64,000 nucleotides of DNA from Acidimicrobiaceae bacterium (GCA_003152215.1 PLZP01000107.1:75395-139394); one strand, 5' to 3'. Positions 9,669 to 18,483 are shown, counted from the stretch's first letter. The notes: generated by a model from the sequence alone, not told the origin. A program made the numbers and translations.

Positions 9669-9676
9669 GGCGACTC

Positions 9677-9898
9677 CTAGGCCAAACTCAAGAAGAGTTT
9701 TTGTAGTTTCTCGGTCACGATCTCGCGGTCGATGGACTCGTCTTCAATGCACTCTTTGAGGCTCGCCGCGATCAGTTTGAAGGCCGCGGTATTGACGGCT
9801 TTGCCCACCGCCGCCATCTGGGTGACGATCTCCTCACAAGAACGACCATCTTCGAGCATCCGTATCACCGCACCCATTTGGCCGTGTGCGCGCTTCAT
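9677..9898 (-). CDS. CsoR/CstR-family metal- or persulfide-sensing repressor (true start probably further upstream)
   Basis: KRAHGQMGAVIRMLEDGRSCEEIVTQMAAV..SLKEC..FLSLA; both Cys are present but the Cu-binding His is replaced by Ser. Confidence 0.88.
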   Translation of the reverse strand: MKRAHGQMGAVIRMLEDGRSCEEIVTQMAAVGKAVNTAAFKLIAASLKECIEDESIDREIVTEKLQKLFLSLA

Positions 9899-9991
9899 GC
9901 GCTTGGCGATTGCACTGAGCTGCTCTTGATCTTGCAGGACGTGCGTAGTGGTGGTGATTGTTATCGCAGCCTCATTTCCTCGATACGCGTC

Positions 9992-10015
9992 AGTATAGCA
10001 TACCCAAGGGGGTAT
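9992..10015 (-). promoter_or_regulatory. CsoR/CstR-type operator next to an extended -10 promoter
   Basis: ATACCCAAGGGGGTAT (C-tract/G-tract pseudo-palindrome) at 10000-10015, abutting TGcTATACT on the minus strand. Confidence 0.75.
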
Positions 10016-10047
10016 AGAACATTCGCGCGAGAACGACGGCCATTTCG

Positions 10048-10291
10048 TATGCCGGCCTCGCGATCAACTGGCTCCAACGTCCGTGGCTCGGTCTGCGTGA
10101 GAATCAAAACGGTACGGTCGAGCCAATCGATCTCTTCGATATGCGTGAGGTGACCCACCACGTGAAAGGGCGACCAGGTGTTGGGACCATCGTCGGACTC
10201 GGTCCACTCCTCGGGCAGTCGGCCGGGAGAGCGTGAAGTGTGCCAGGTGCGCGACAAGCACGGCCCTGTCCATTTCCAACGAGAATTCCCC
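10048..10291 (-). pseudogene. frameshifted, truncated DinB-family protein remnant
   Basis: EFSLEMDRAVLV in one frame continues as RLPEEWTESDDGPNTWSPFHVVGHLTHIEEIDWLDR..LEPVDREA in another. Confidence 0.6.
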
Positions 10292-10384
10292 GCCGTCATC
10301 GTCGCCCAAGGCATTCGTTCGTCATTGTGGCGAGTTGCGCTTGACGCCCGCATACCCCATCACCTATGGTTCATTGATTAAATC

Positions 10385-10409
10385 CTAGTATTACGAGTGA
10401 AATAGTAGG
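10385..10409 (+). promoter_or_regulatory. candidate sulfur-starvation operator, copy 1
   Basis: CTAGTATTACGAGTGAAATAGTAGG; 21/25 identical to 12135-12159; lies just downstream of TTGACG-18-TATGGT. Confidence 0.6.
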
Positions 10410-10470
10410 TTATTGGAATCGAGTGCCACCGTGGCGGCTCGCAGTGATCGATCGACGAGGAGTCAGTTTC

Positions 10471-11343
10471 GTGTCCAGAGTTGAAGTGCACCAACGTGAC
10501 GATGTTGATTTCGAGGAGTTTCATCACACGCCTTCTCCAATTGAATTGGTCACTCCTAAGGTTCTTCGCTCACGTTCTCGCACGCGCTCGCGTTCGCTCG
10601 GCCTGCGAGTACTTTCGCCGCTACTCCTTTTGCTCCTCTGGTGGGCACTCGCGAGAGCCAATTGGCTGCCGGCCGGTTCGCTGCCCACGCCCTACACGGT
10701 CGTGAAGACCTTCGGCACACTGTTCTCGCATGACCTCTGGGGTCAGATTGGCGACTCGCTGTCACTGGCCGGCTTCGGGCTGTCCATTGGCGTCACCTTG
10801 GGGTTTTCACTCGGTCTCATGTCGGGGCTTTCGAGGATCGGCGAGGAACTCTTTGACGCGCCGCTGCAGATGCTTCGCACGGTCCCGTTTCTCGCGCTCA
10901 TTCCCCTGTTCGTCGTGTGGATGGGCATTGGGGAACTGCCCAAGGTCGCGCTGATCTCGTTGGCGACGACCTTTCCGATGTACATCAACACCGCGGCGGC
11001 GATGCGCAACGTCGACCGCAAGGTCGTCGAAGCGGCACGCTCCTACGGCCTTCATGGCATTCGACTGGTACGCGAAGTGATCTTCCCGCTTTCGCTGCCG
11101 GGACTCCTCACCGGTCTTCGCTTTTCGCTCGGTCTCTCCGTGCTCGCACTCGTCGGAGCGGAGACGATCGCGTCGAATGGCGGCATTGGCTATCTCATCA
11201 ATCAGGCTGAGCAGTTTCAACAGACGAGCATTGTGTTTTGCGGCGTCATCATCTACGCCGCGCTGGGCCTGAGTGCCGATCTCCTCGTGCGCGTGATAGA
11301 GAAGCTCGCGCTGCCGTGGCGAGCCGGAGTCGCGGTTCGATGA
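10471..11343 (+). CDS. ssuC: aliphatic sulfonate/sulfate-ester ABC permease (SsuC-like)
   Basis: QMLRTVPFLALIPLFVVWMGIGELPK, EAA loop VEAARSYG, LVGAETI..GIGYLI; GAGGAG RBS. Confidence 0.8.
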   Translation: MSRVEVHQRDDVDFEEFHHTPSPIELVTPKVLRSRSRTRSRSLGLRVLSPLLLLLLWWALARANWLPAGSLPTPYTVVKTFGTLFSHDLWGQIGDSLSLAGFGLSIGVTLGFSLGLMSGLSRIGEELFDAPLQMLRTVPFLALIPLFVVWMGIGELPKVALISLATTFPMYINTAAAMRNVDRKVVEAARSYGLHGIRLVREVIFPLSLPGLLTGLRFSLGLSVLALVGAETIASNGGIGYLINQAEQFQQTSIVFCGVIIYAALGLSADLLVRVIEKLALPWRAGVAVR

Positions 11344-12062
11344 GTGCCGCACTAGAAATGCGCGACGAGGCGCTGGCCGTCGACACGCGCCAGTTGGTTC
11401 GTCAGTTCGGCGAACACCCGGCGCTCAATGGCCTCGACTTGAAGATTCGCCGCGGCGAATTCGTCGCCTTGTTGGGCAAGAGCGGAAGTGGCAAGACCAC
11501 CCTGCTGCGCTTGCTCGCCGGCCTCGATACTCCGGACTCGGGCGAGTTGCTCGTTCCTCGATCACGGACCGTTGTCTTCCAGGAGCCTCGACTCGTTAAC
11601 TCCAAGCGGGTCTGGCAGAACGTCGCACTGGGCCTCGACCGATCGAGCGCCACTCGCGCGGCGGCGATCGGCGCTCTCGAAGAAGTTGGTCTGGCGTCGC
11701 ACGCGAACGCGTGGCCCGCGACGCTCTCCGGGGGAGAGGCACAACGAGTCGCGCTCGCGCGCGCACTGGTACGCGAACCCCAGCTGTTGTTGCTCGATGA
11801 ACCCTTCGCCGCACTCGACGCGTTGACACGTCTCAAAATGCAGCAATTGATAGCGGACCTCTGTGCGCGACACGGACCGGCCGTCTTGCTCGTGACCCAC
11901 GACGTGGAGGAGGCACTGTTGTTGGCCGACCGCGTGGTGCTCTTGCGAGAAGGCCATCTCGGCTTTGAAGTCGATGTTCCAATGGTGCGGCCCCGCGAGA
12001 TCGGCGTTGAGTTCGCGTCGCTTCGTCGCAGACTTCTCAGTGAACTGGGCGTCGAGCAATGA
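11340..12062 (+). CDS. ssuB: sulfonate ABC ATP-binding protein (SsuB-like)
   Basis: GKSGSGKTT, VFQEPRL, LSGGEAQRVALARAL, LDEPFAALDALTR; ATGA overlap with the permease. Confidence 0.82.
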   Translation: MSAALEMRDEALAVDTRQLVRQFGEHPALNGLDLKIRRGEFVALLGKSGSGKTTLLRLLAGLDTPDSGELLVPRSRTVVFQEPRLVNSKRVWQNVALGLDRSSATRAAAIGALEEVGLASHANAWPATLSGGEAQRVALARALVREPQLLLLDEPFAALDALTRLKMQQLIADLCARHGPAVLLVTHDVEEALLLADRVVLLREGHLGFEVDVPMVRPREIGVEFASLRRRLLSELGVEQ

Positions 12063-12134
12063 GACGGTCCGCACCCGCAGTGACCTCGTAGCAGCGAACG
12101 CAGAACCCCTCTCCAGGGCCGTTATTCGTATTCT

Positions 12135-12159
12135 CTAGTATTTCTAGTGATAAAGTAGG
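12135..12159 (+). promoter_or_regulatory. candidate sulfur-starvation operator, copy 2
   Basis: CTAGTATTTCTAGTGATAAAGTAGG upstream of the SBP-sulfatase genes. Confidence 0.6.
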
Positions 12160-12215
12160 AAATTAAGTAAGGACCAGACGATGCGCACAACGCCATCGCA
12201 CCAGAGAGGAAAACC

Positions 12216-13244
12216 ATGAGACACAGCAGGACGAATCTAAGAATCAGCGGAGCGGCCTTTGTGCTGGCTACCGTGGTCGCAGTTGTTGCAATTGGCGGAG
12301 CGTCGGGTGCTGCGACCAAGCACAAAACAACGCCGAAGAAGATCAACCTCAATGGCGTCACCCTCAACGTTGGCGACCTGGCGGGGCAGACCCAGATTCT
12401 GCTCAATGACTCTGGTGCCCTGAACGGCGCGCAGTACAAAGTCAACTTCGCGACGTTTCCCGCCGGTCCGCCAGCGGTCGCGGCCATCCAAGGCGGCTCC
12501 ATCGACCTCACCGTAACCGCTGACACACCGGCGATCTTCGCCCAAGCCGGTGGCGTGCCGCTCAAGGTGGTCGCCGTCACACAGCCGGTCGCTCCGGGGG
12601 CGTCGTTGGGCCTCGTTGTGCCGAAGGGTTCGTCGATTACGTCACTCGGAGGACTGAAGGGTACGAAGATCGCGGCGGCGAGCGGCACGATTCTCCAGTA
12701 CATCGCGATTCAGGCGCTCAATGGCTCCGATGAAGGCTGGAAGAACGCGACCATCGTCAACCTCAACCCGGCCCTCGCCCTCGCGGCGCTGACGTCGAAC
12801 TCGGTCCAGTCGGCCGTCTTGATTCAGCCCTACCTGGCCGAAGCCGTGCAGGCTGGCGGCCAGGTGTTAGCACTCGGCACGAGCTACACGAAGGGCTACT
12901 CGTACTTCCTTGCAGCCGACTCGGCACTCGCGAACACGAAGAAGAGTGCGGCAATCGCGGACTATATGCACCGCTACGCCGTGGCCGAACACTGGGCCGC
13001 GACGAACACCGCCACGTGGGCGCAGGACTACGCCACCGCGAACAACATCACGTTGCCACTCGCGACCGCGGCCGTGAACGCGGCACTCGCATCATTCGTG
13101 AAGATTGGTCCGAATCAGTACAACAGCATTACGAACGAAGCAGTTGCCTTCACCCAGGCCGGCCTTCTCACGACGCCGGTGGACACGAAGACGCTCTACA
13201 CGACGAAGTTCAACACACTCGTCGCCACGTTCCCCAAGGGCTGA
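12216..13244 (+). CDS. SsuA-like ABC substrate-binding protein
   Basis: Signal peptide; FPAGPPAVAAIQGGSIDL..ADTPAIFAQAGG and LVVPKGSSITSL.GLKGTKIA motifs. Confidence 0.85.
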   Translation: MRHSRTNLRISGAAFVLATVVAVVAIGGASGAATKHKTTPKKINLNGVTLNVGDLAGQTQILLNDSGALNGAQYKVNFATFPAGPPAVAAIQGGSIDLTVTADTPAIFAQAGGVPLKVVAVTQPVAPGASLGLVVPKGSSITSLGGLKGTKIAAASGTILQYIAIQALNGSDEGWKNATIVNLNPALALAALTSNSVQSAVLIQPYLAEAVQAGGQVLALGTSYTKGYSYFLAADSALANTKKSAAIADYMHRYAVAEHWAATNTATWAQDYATANNITLPLATAAVNAALASFVKIGPNQYNSITNEAVAFTQAGLLTTPVDTKTLYTTKFNTLVATFPKG

Positions 13245-13267
13245 GAGAGTAAACGGAGGAGAGGGAC

Positions 13268-15592
13268 ATGACTATCGAAGAGGGCCCCACCCGTCACTAT
13301 GGCGGGTGGGGCGGTCGAGTCGGCAAGACCATTGAGGAGTCGACGTCGTGGTGGCCGCCCACGCCCACGCCAGCGAGCGACGCACCAAACGTCATTGTCG
13401 TGTTGCTCGATGACATGGGCTTCAGCGACATCGGTCCCTTTGGCGCGGAGGTTTCGACGCCAACGTTGGACCGTCTCGCGAGCGAGGGCCTTCGCTACAC
13501 CAACTACCACACGACGCCCGTGTGTTCCCCGGCGCGCGCGGCGTTCCTGACGGGTCTCAACCCACACCGCGCGGGCTTCGCCTCGGTCGCCAACAGCGAT
13601 CCCGGATTCCCCGGGTACACAATGGAGATCGCCGAGGACGTACCAACGCTCGCCGTGACGCTACGCGACGCGGGCTACGCCACGTTCTGCGTCGGTAAGT
13701 GGCACCTGACGCGTGACGCGGTGATGAACGACGCCGGAGCGCGGCGCAGTTGGCCCTGCCAGCAGGGATTCGACCGCTACTACGGCGTCCTCGAAGGGCT
13801 CACCAACCTTCATCATCCGCACCGGTTGATCAGTGACAACTCGCCGGTTGACGTGGACGAGTACCCACCGGGTTACTACCTACCTGACGACATCACCGAT
13901 CACGCGATCTCAATGATCAAAGGTCTGCGCGCGAGCGACGCCCACAAACCGTTCTTTTGCTACGTGGCGCACAACGCGGTTCACGGTCCATTACAGGCCA
14001 AGCCCGAAGACATCGCGAAGTATCGCGGACGCTACGACGCCGGCTGGGACGACCTGCGCGAGAAGCGTTTCGCCCGTCAGAAAGAGACCGGACTCTTCAG
14101 CGACGACACGCAGATGGCCGAGCGCAACGCGGAAGCGTTCCTCGACGTGGGAGCGTGGGACGAACTCGACGCTGACACGAGAGCGGTGTTCGCGCGCTAC
14201 ATGGAGGTGTACGCCGCGTCCATTGAGAGTGTCGATGAGAATCTTGGACGCCTCCTCGACGTAGTCGAGGACCTGGGTGAACTCGAGAACACGATTGTGA
14301 TCTTCATGTCCGACAACGGCGGCACCGCCGAGGGCGGCGAGCACGGCACTCGCAGTTATTTCAAACAGTTCATCCATGGTCTGCGCTTGCCGGCCGATTG
14401 GCAGAGTGACGTCGCGAGGGACATCGATCTGATCGGTGGCCCTCGCACGATGGTGCACTACCCGCGAGGTTGGGGCATGGCGTCCAACACGCCGTTTCGT
14501 CTCTACAAGGGATTCACGCACGCCGGTGGGGTGCGCGTGCCCTTTCTCTTCAGCTGGCCCAAGGGGATTGACGAGCAGTCCCGCGGTCAAGTGCGACGCG
14601 AATATCAATACGTCACCGACCTTCTCCCGACGCTGCTGGAACTCACCGGCGTCGAGCGGGCGAAGCAGTACCGCGGCGTCGAGGTCGTTGCGCTCGATGG
14701 CGTGAGTTTCGCCGCGTCGTTGAACGACGGCGACTATGTCAGTGCACACCACGAGCAGTACTCGGAGTTCATGGGCAATCGAAGCTTCTACAAGGATGGG
14801 TGGAAGCTCGTGACGTTGCATCGGCCCGGTACGCCCTACGACGACCAGGAGTGGGAGCTCTACGACATTCGTGAGGATCCGACCGAGCGCCACAACGTCG
14901 CGCTCGAGCGACCCGCACTGGTTCGCGAGCTTTCGGCGGCGTGGGAGCGTAGTGCGTGGGATAACAAGGTCTTCCCGCTCAATGACTTCACTGGCTACAT
15001 GGGAACCGTTCGTCGACCGTTTGAGGACCGACTGACCGAACCGGTGCGGATACTGGCCGGCACGCCGACGCTCGAGCGCTATCGCTCGTCGAAGCTCGTG
15101 ACGTTGCGATCCTTTCGCGCAACGGCGTCGCTGGTGCACGGAGCACTCGACGAAGGCGTGCTCTTCGCCCATGGCGACCAGGGCGGCGGCTACATGGTCT
15201 ACGTGGAAGGTCGACGCCTGGGACTCGCGTACAACGAGTACGGCGACCTGCACGAAGCCGACGCCGGACTGCTCAGTTCTGGTCGGCACGAGGTCACCCT
15301 CGACGTCCAAGGCATCGCGGACTACCAATGGAACCTCGCGGTGCTCGTCGATGGCGAAGAGCGCGTGCGACTCGACGGCGTCTTGATGCTGCTCGGTATG
15401 GCGCCGTTCCAAGGCATTGACGTGGGCATCAATCGACGTTCCCCGGTGTCGTGGCCGGTCTTCCAACGTCACGGTTCGTTCCCGTACACCGGCGACCTCG
15501 ACGCGGTCACCTACGTGCCCGGTGCCTACGCGCCGTACAGTCCAGAAGCCGTGCTCGCCGCGACGATCGAGGCAGCCCATGCGTACGAATGA
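13268..15592 (+). CDS. arylsulfatase (Cys-type, AtsA-like) with C-terminal beta-sandwich
   Basis: PNVIVVLLDDMG, CSPARAAFLTG (CxPxR), VGKWHL, HGPLQA and SDNG motifs; no signal peptide. Confidence 0.92.
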   Translation: MTIEEGPTRHYGGWGGRVGKTIEESTSWWPPTPTPASDAPNVIVVLLDDMGFSDIGPFGAEVSTPTLDRLASEGLRYTNYHTTPVCSPARAAFLTGLNPHRAGFASVANSDPGFPGYTMEIAEDVPTLAVTLRDAGYATFCVGKWHLTRDAVMNDAGARRSWPCQQGFDRYYGVLEGLTNLHHPHRLISDNSPVDVDEYPPGYYLPDDITDHAISMIKGLRASDAHKPFFCYVAHNAVHGPLQAKPEDIAKYRGRYDAGWDDLREKRFARQKETGLFSDDTQMAERNAEAFLDVGAWDELDADTRAVFARYMEVYAASIESVDENLGRLLDVVEDLGELENTIVIFMSDNGGTAEGGEHGTRSYFKQFIHGLRLPADWQSDVARDIDLIGGPRTMVHYPRGWGMASNTPFRLYKGFTHAGGVRVPFLFSWPKGIDEQSRGQVRREYQYVTDLLPTLLELTGVERAKQYRGVEVVALDGVSFAASLNDGDYVSAHHEQYSEFMGNRSFYKDGWKLVTLHRPGTPYDDQEWELYDIREDPTERHNVALERPALVRELSAAWERSAWDNKVFPLNDFTGYMGTVRRPFEDRLTEPVRILAGTPTLERYRSSKLVTLRSFRATASLVHGALDEGVLFAHGDQGGGYMVYVEGRRLGLAYNEYGDLHEADAGLLSSGRHEVTLDVQGIADYQWNLAVLVDGEERVRLDGVLMLLGMAPFQGIDVGINRRSPVSWPVFQRHGSFPYTGDLDAVTYVPGAYAPYSPEAVLAATIEAAHAYE

Positions 15593-15986
15593 GCCGTTAG
15601 CAGCGCCGCATCGTCGAACGGTGAGCGCAACATCGAGTGAACGAGGTCTCTTTGAGTTCACGAACGGTGCGGTTCGGGTGCAGTCGTCGCGCGATGGCGA
15701 CCAGGGTGTTCGTGCGGTGGACCTGCTCCTCGCATCACTCGCCATGTGCGTCGCGGGCACCGTGCGCGCCTACGCCGAGCACCATGGGGTCGACGGCCTC
15801 GCCAGTGTGAGTGTTGACGTCACGGGGGAAGAGGTCGGTCCGCCCACACGATTGGCGACGGCGACTATTGCAATCCGTCTCGACGGCGAAGTAAGTGACG
15901 ACGACCGTGCTCGTCTCCTGCGCGCCGGTGCGCATTGCAAGATCCATACGACGCTCAGTCGTGGAGTCGACGTGCAGTTCCTCTAG
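15579..15986 (+). CDS. OsmC/Ohr-family protein
   Basis: DLLLASLAMCVAGTVRAYA..AHCKIHTTL two-Cys signature; overlaps the sulfatase stop. Confidence 0.82.
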   Translation: MRTNEPLAAPHRRTVSATSSERGLFEFTNGAVRVQSSRDGDQGVRAVDLLLASLAMCVAGTVRAYAEHHGVDGLASVSVDVTGEEVGPPTRLATATIAIRLDGEVSDDDRARLLRAGAHCKIHTTLSRGVDVQFL

Positions 15987-16005
15987 GTCCAGGGAGTTCA
16001 CGTCC

Positions 16006-16053
16006 GTTGGTCGGTCTCTCGTATCACTCTCCCGAGGCGAGAGACCGGCCAAC
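16006..16053. terminator. bidirectional terminator-like hairpin between convergent genes
   Basis: 16-bp stem GTTGGTCGGTCTCTCG / CGAGAGACCGGCCAAC with one G-U pair. Confidence 0.65.
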
Positions 16054-16063
16054 AAAGTCAGGG

Positions 16064-16840
16064 CTATTTGGGTTGCATCCGAATACCGGCGTCCAGACGA
16101 ATCGACTCAGCGTTCATGTAGCTGTTGGATAGGAGTTCAACCGCGAGGGTCGCGAACTCCGACGAGTAGCCGAGTCGCTTGGGGAAGAGTACGCCCGCAC
16201 CGAGGCGCGCCTTGAACTCGTCGGACTGGGGACCGGTGCCGTAGATCGGGGTGTCGATCAGTCCTGGAAGGATGCAGTTTGCTCGTACGCCCACGACCGC
16301 GAGGTCGCGCGCGAGGGGCAACGTGAGACCGACGACACCGCCCTTCGACGAAGAGTAGGCCACTTGGCCAATCTGGCCGTCTTCGGCCGCGACCGACGCA
16401 GTGTTCACGAGTGCGCCGCGCATGTTGTCGACGTCGGGCGTGTTCTTGCCCATGGCCGTCGCAGCGAGGCGACAGACGTTAAATGTGCCGACCAAGTTGA
16501 TCTCAATGACCTTGCGATACAAGTCAAGGTCGTGGGCCGACGAGTACTCGCCGTCCTTGCCGACCGTTCGCGTCGCCCAGCCAATGCCCGCGCAGTTCAC
16601 GGCGCTCCAGAGGGGCGCCATCGCGACCGCGGCTTCGATCGCCGCGATGACCTGCTCGGTGTTGGTGACGTCGCAGTGCGCGTACGCGCCGCCAATCTCC
16701 GCGGCGACCTTGCTGCCGAGCTCGTCGTTGAGGTCGGCGACCACGACCTTGACGCCCCGTGCACTGAGTTCGCGAGCGGTGGCTTCTCCGAGTCCGGAGG
16801 CGCCACCGGTGACGACGGCGGATGTGTTGTTGAGTTCCAT
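16064..16840 (-). CDS. SDR oxidoreductase, 3-hydroxyacyl-CoA dehydrogenase type-2-like
   Basis: TGGASGLG, VNCAGIG, NTASVAAEDGQIGQVAYSSSKGG and RLDAGIRM motifs; AGGAG RBS. Confidence 0.88.
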   Translation of the reverse strand: MELNNTSAVVTGGASGLGEATARELSARGVKVVVADLNDELGSKVAAEIGGAYAHCDVTNTEQVIAAIEAAVAMAPLWSAVNCAGIGWATRTVGKDGEYSSAHDLDLYRKVIEINLVGTFNVCRLAATAMGKNTPDVDNMRGALVNTASVAAEDGQIGQVAYSSSKGGVVGLTLPLARDLAVVGVRANCILPGLIDTPIYGTGPQSDEFKARLGAGVLFPKRLGYSSEFATLAVELLSNSYMNAESIRLDAGIRMQPK

Positions 16841-16950
16841 TGCTACTCCTGATGTCATGGGCTGGTTACAGCCGTCACAAAGTCAAGCAGAGATTCGTGA
16901 CCCCTCGACGAGGCCGGAGGGTGCGTCGCTCGAGCACGTAGCGTTACACC

Positions 16951-17991
16951 ATGTCCTCGGCTTACGACGTCTCAAAAGAAGAGTTGGCGTCACTCCTCCA
17001 AGGCGAACCTCGCTACCGGGTTGATCAGGTCTGGCATGGACTCTGGGTAGAGGCGCAACGTGTGGGCGAGATCACGACAATCCCCAAAGCCTTGCGGGCG
17101 CGGCTCGCCGAAATCTTCCCCCCGAGCATCGAGGTCGCCAACGACGTGCAGAGCGACCTTGGCGCAACGAGAAAGTGGGTCTTTCGACTGAATGATGGCG
17201 CAACCATCGAGACGGTCTTGATGAACTACGAAGACCGAGTGACGGTCTGTGTGTCGAGTCAGGCCGGATGCGCCATGGGCTGCACGTTCTGCGCCACCGG
17301 TCAGGCGGGGTTCACCCGTCATCTCACCTCGGGCGAAGTGCTCGAACAGGTTATGTTCGCCGCGCGCGCCGCCGCCCCCCGACGACTCTCCAACGTCGTC
17401 TTCATGGGAATGGGAGAGCCGCTGGCGAACTATCTCGTCACCATGAACGTCGTGCGCGCTCTGCACGAGTATCGCGGACTCTCCGCGCGTCACCTCACAG
17501 TGTCGACCGTCGGCGTCGCCCCGGCGATTGAGAAGATGGCGAAGACGGGACTGCCACTCACGCTTGCGGTGAGTCTGCACTCGGCAAACAACAAGGATCG
17601 CGACGAACTCATACCGCTCAATCGTCGCTATCCGCTCGAGCGTCTCCACGAGGCTTGCCAGTTCTGGATGGACACCACCGGTCGACGGCTCAGTTTCGAA
17701 TGGGCCCTCATCGACGGCGTGAACGACCGAGATCAGGATATTGATGAGCTCGCGACCTATGCCCGGTCGCTTCGAGCGCACGTGAACCTCATACCCCTCA
17801 ACCCGACCCCGGGCTACCTCGTGCGCGGCTCGTCGGGTCAGCGTGTCCACGACTTTCGTGAAGGTCTCATTGAACTGGGCGTGAACGCAACGGTTCGCAA
17901 CACCAGGGGACGCTCGATCGACGCGGCCTGCGGTCAGCTGGCCGCGGTTACCAACGCGCGACACAAATCAATCCCCGTGCGAAGCGCTTAG
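16951..17991 (+). CDS. rlmN: 23S rRNA/tRNA m2A methyltransferase RlmN
   Basis: CVSSQAGCAMGCTFCATG radical-SAM motif, VFMGMGEPL, SLHS, IDAACGQL. Confidence 0.95.
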   Translation: MSSAYDVSKEELASLLQGEPRYRVDQVWHGLWVEAQRVGEITTIPKALRARLAEIFPPSIEVANDVQSDLGATRKWVFRLNDGATIETVLMNYEDRVTVCVSSQAGCAMGCTFCATGQAGFTRHLTSGEVLEQVMFAARAAAPRRLSNVVFMGMGEPLANYLVTMNVVRALHEYRGLSARHLTVSTVGVAPAIEKMAKTGLPLTLAVSLHSANNKDRDELIPLNRRYPLERLHEACQFWMDTTGRRLSFEWALIDGVNDRDQDIDELATYARSLRAHVNLIPLNPTPGYLVRGSSGQRVHDFREGLIELGVNATVRNTRGRSIDAACGQLAAVTNARHKSIPVRSA

Positions 17992-18028
17992 ATCATGTGC
18001 GGTAACTATCGGCAACGATACTGAGAGG

Positions 18029-18430
18029 GTGGGTACCGCAGCTCAGTTCAGAAGTTACGAAGAGGACGACCTTGACGCAGTGCTTAGCCTCTGCGCGGAT
18101 GAAGGCTGGACCACTTACACCGACGACCGAACTCGCACGCGTCAAGTGTTTGAGGCCCCCGGTGTCGTACCCGTCGTGGCAACTGTCGGCGGCGAGGTCG
18201 CCGGTTTTGCTTACTGCCAAACAGACGGCGCCATCCAGGCGCACCTTTCACTGCTCGTGGTGAACAGACAGAATCGGCGAGAGGGACTAGCGCGGTCGCT
18301 CGTTGCGTACTTGTTCACGCAGCTTGGCGCGACTCGAATCGATCTCATCTCGGACAACGCTGGTGCGTTCTATCGATCACTGCCGCACAAGGAGCAGTTG
18401 GGCTTCCGGCTCTACGCGAGTACTGAGTAG
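18029..18430 (+). CDS. GNAT-family N-acetyltransferase
   Basis: VAGFAY..LSLLVVNRQNRREGLARSL acetyl-CoA motif A; AGAFYRSL. Confidence 0.8.
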   Translation: MGTAAQFRSYEEDDLDAVLSLCADEGWTTYTDDRTRTRQVFEAPGVVPVVATVGGEVAGFAYCQTDGAIQAHLSLLVVNRQNRREGLARSLVAYLFTQLGATRIDLISDNAGAFYRSLPHKEQLGFRLYASTE

Positions 18431-18483
18431 CTGCCGCACAGACAACTTTTTCATTGCTGCGTGGCCGTGATATGGAAATCCCA

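Noticed and set aside
13991-15760. 589-aa antisense ORF (also 2505-3437, 16990-17964, 23268-24239, 47947-48867, 54904-56199)
   Set aside because: Shadow ORFs opposite well-supported genes, expected in high-GC DNA; no recognisable motifs
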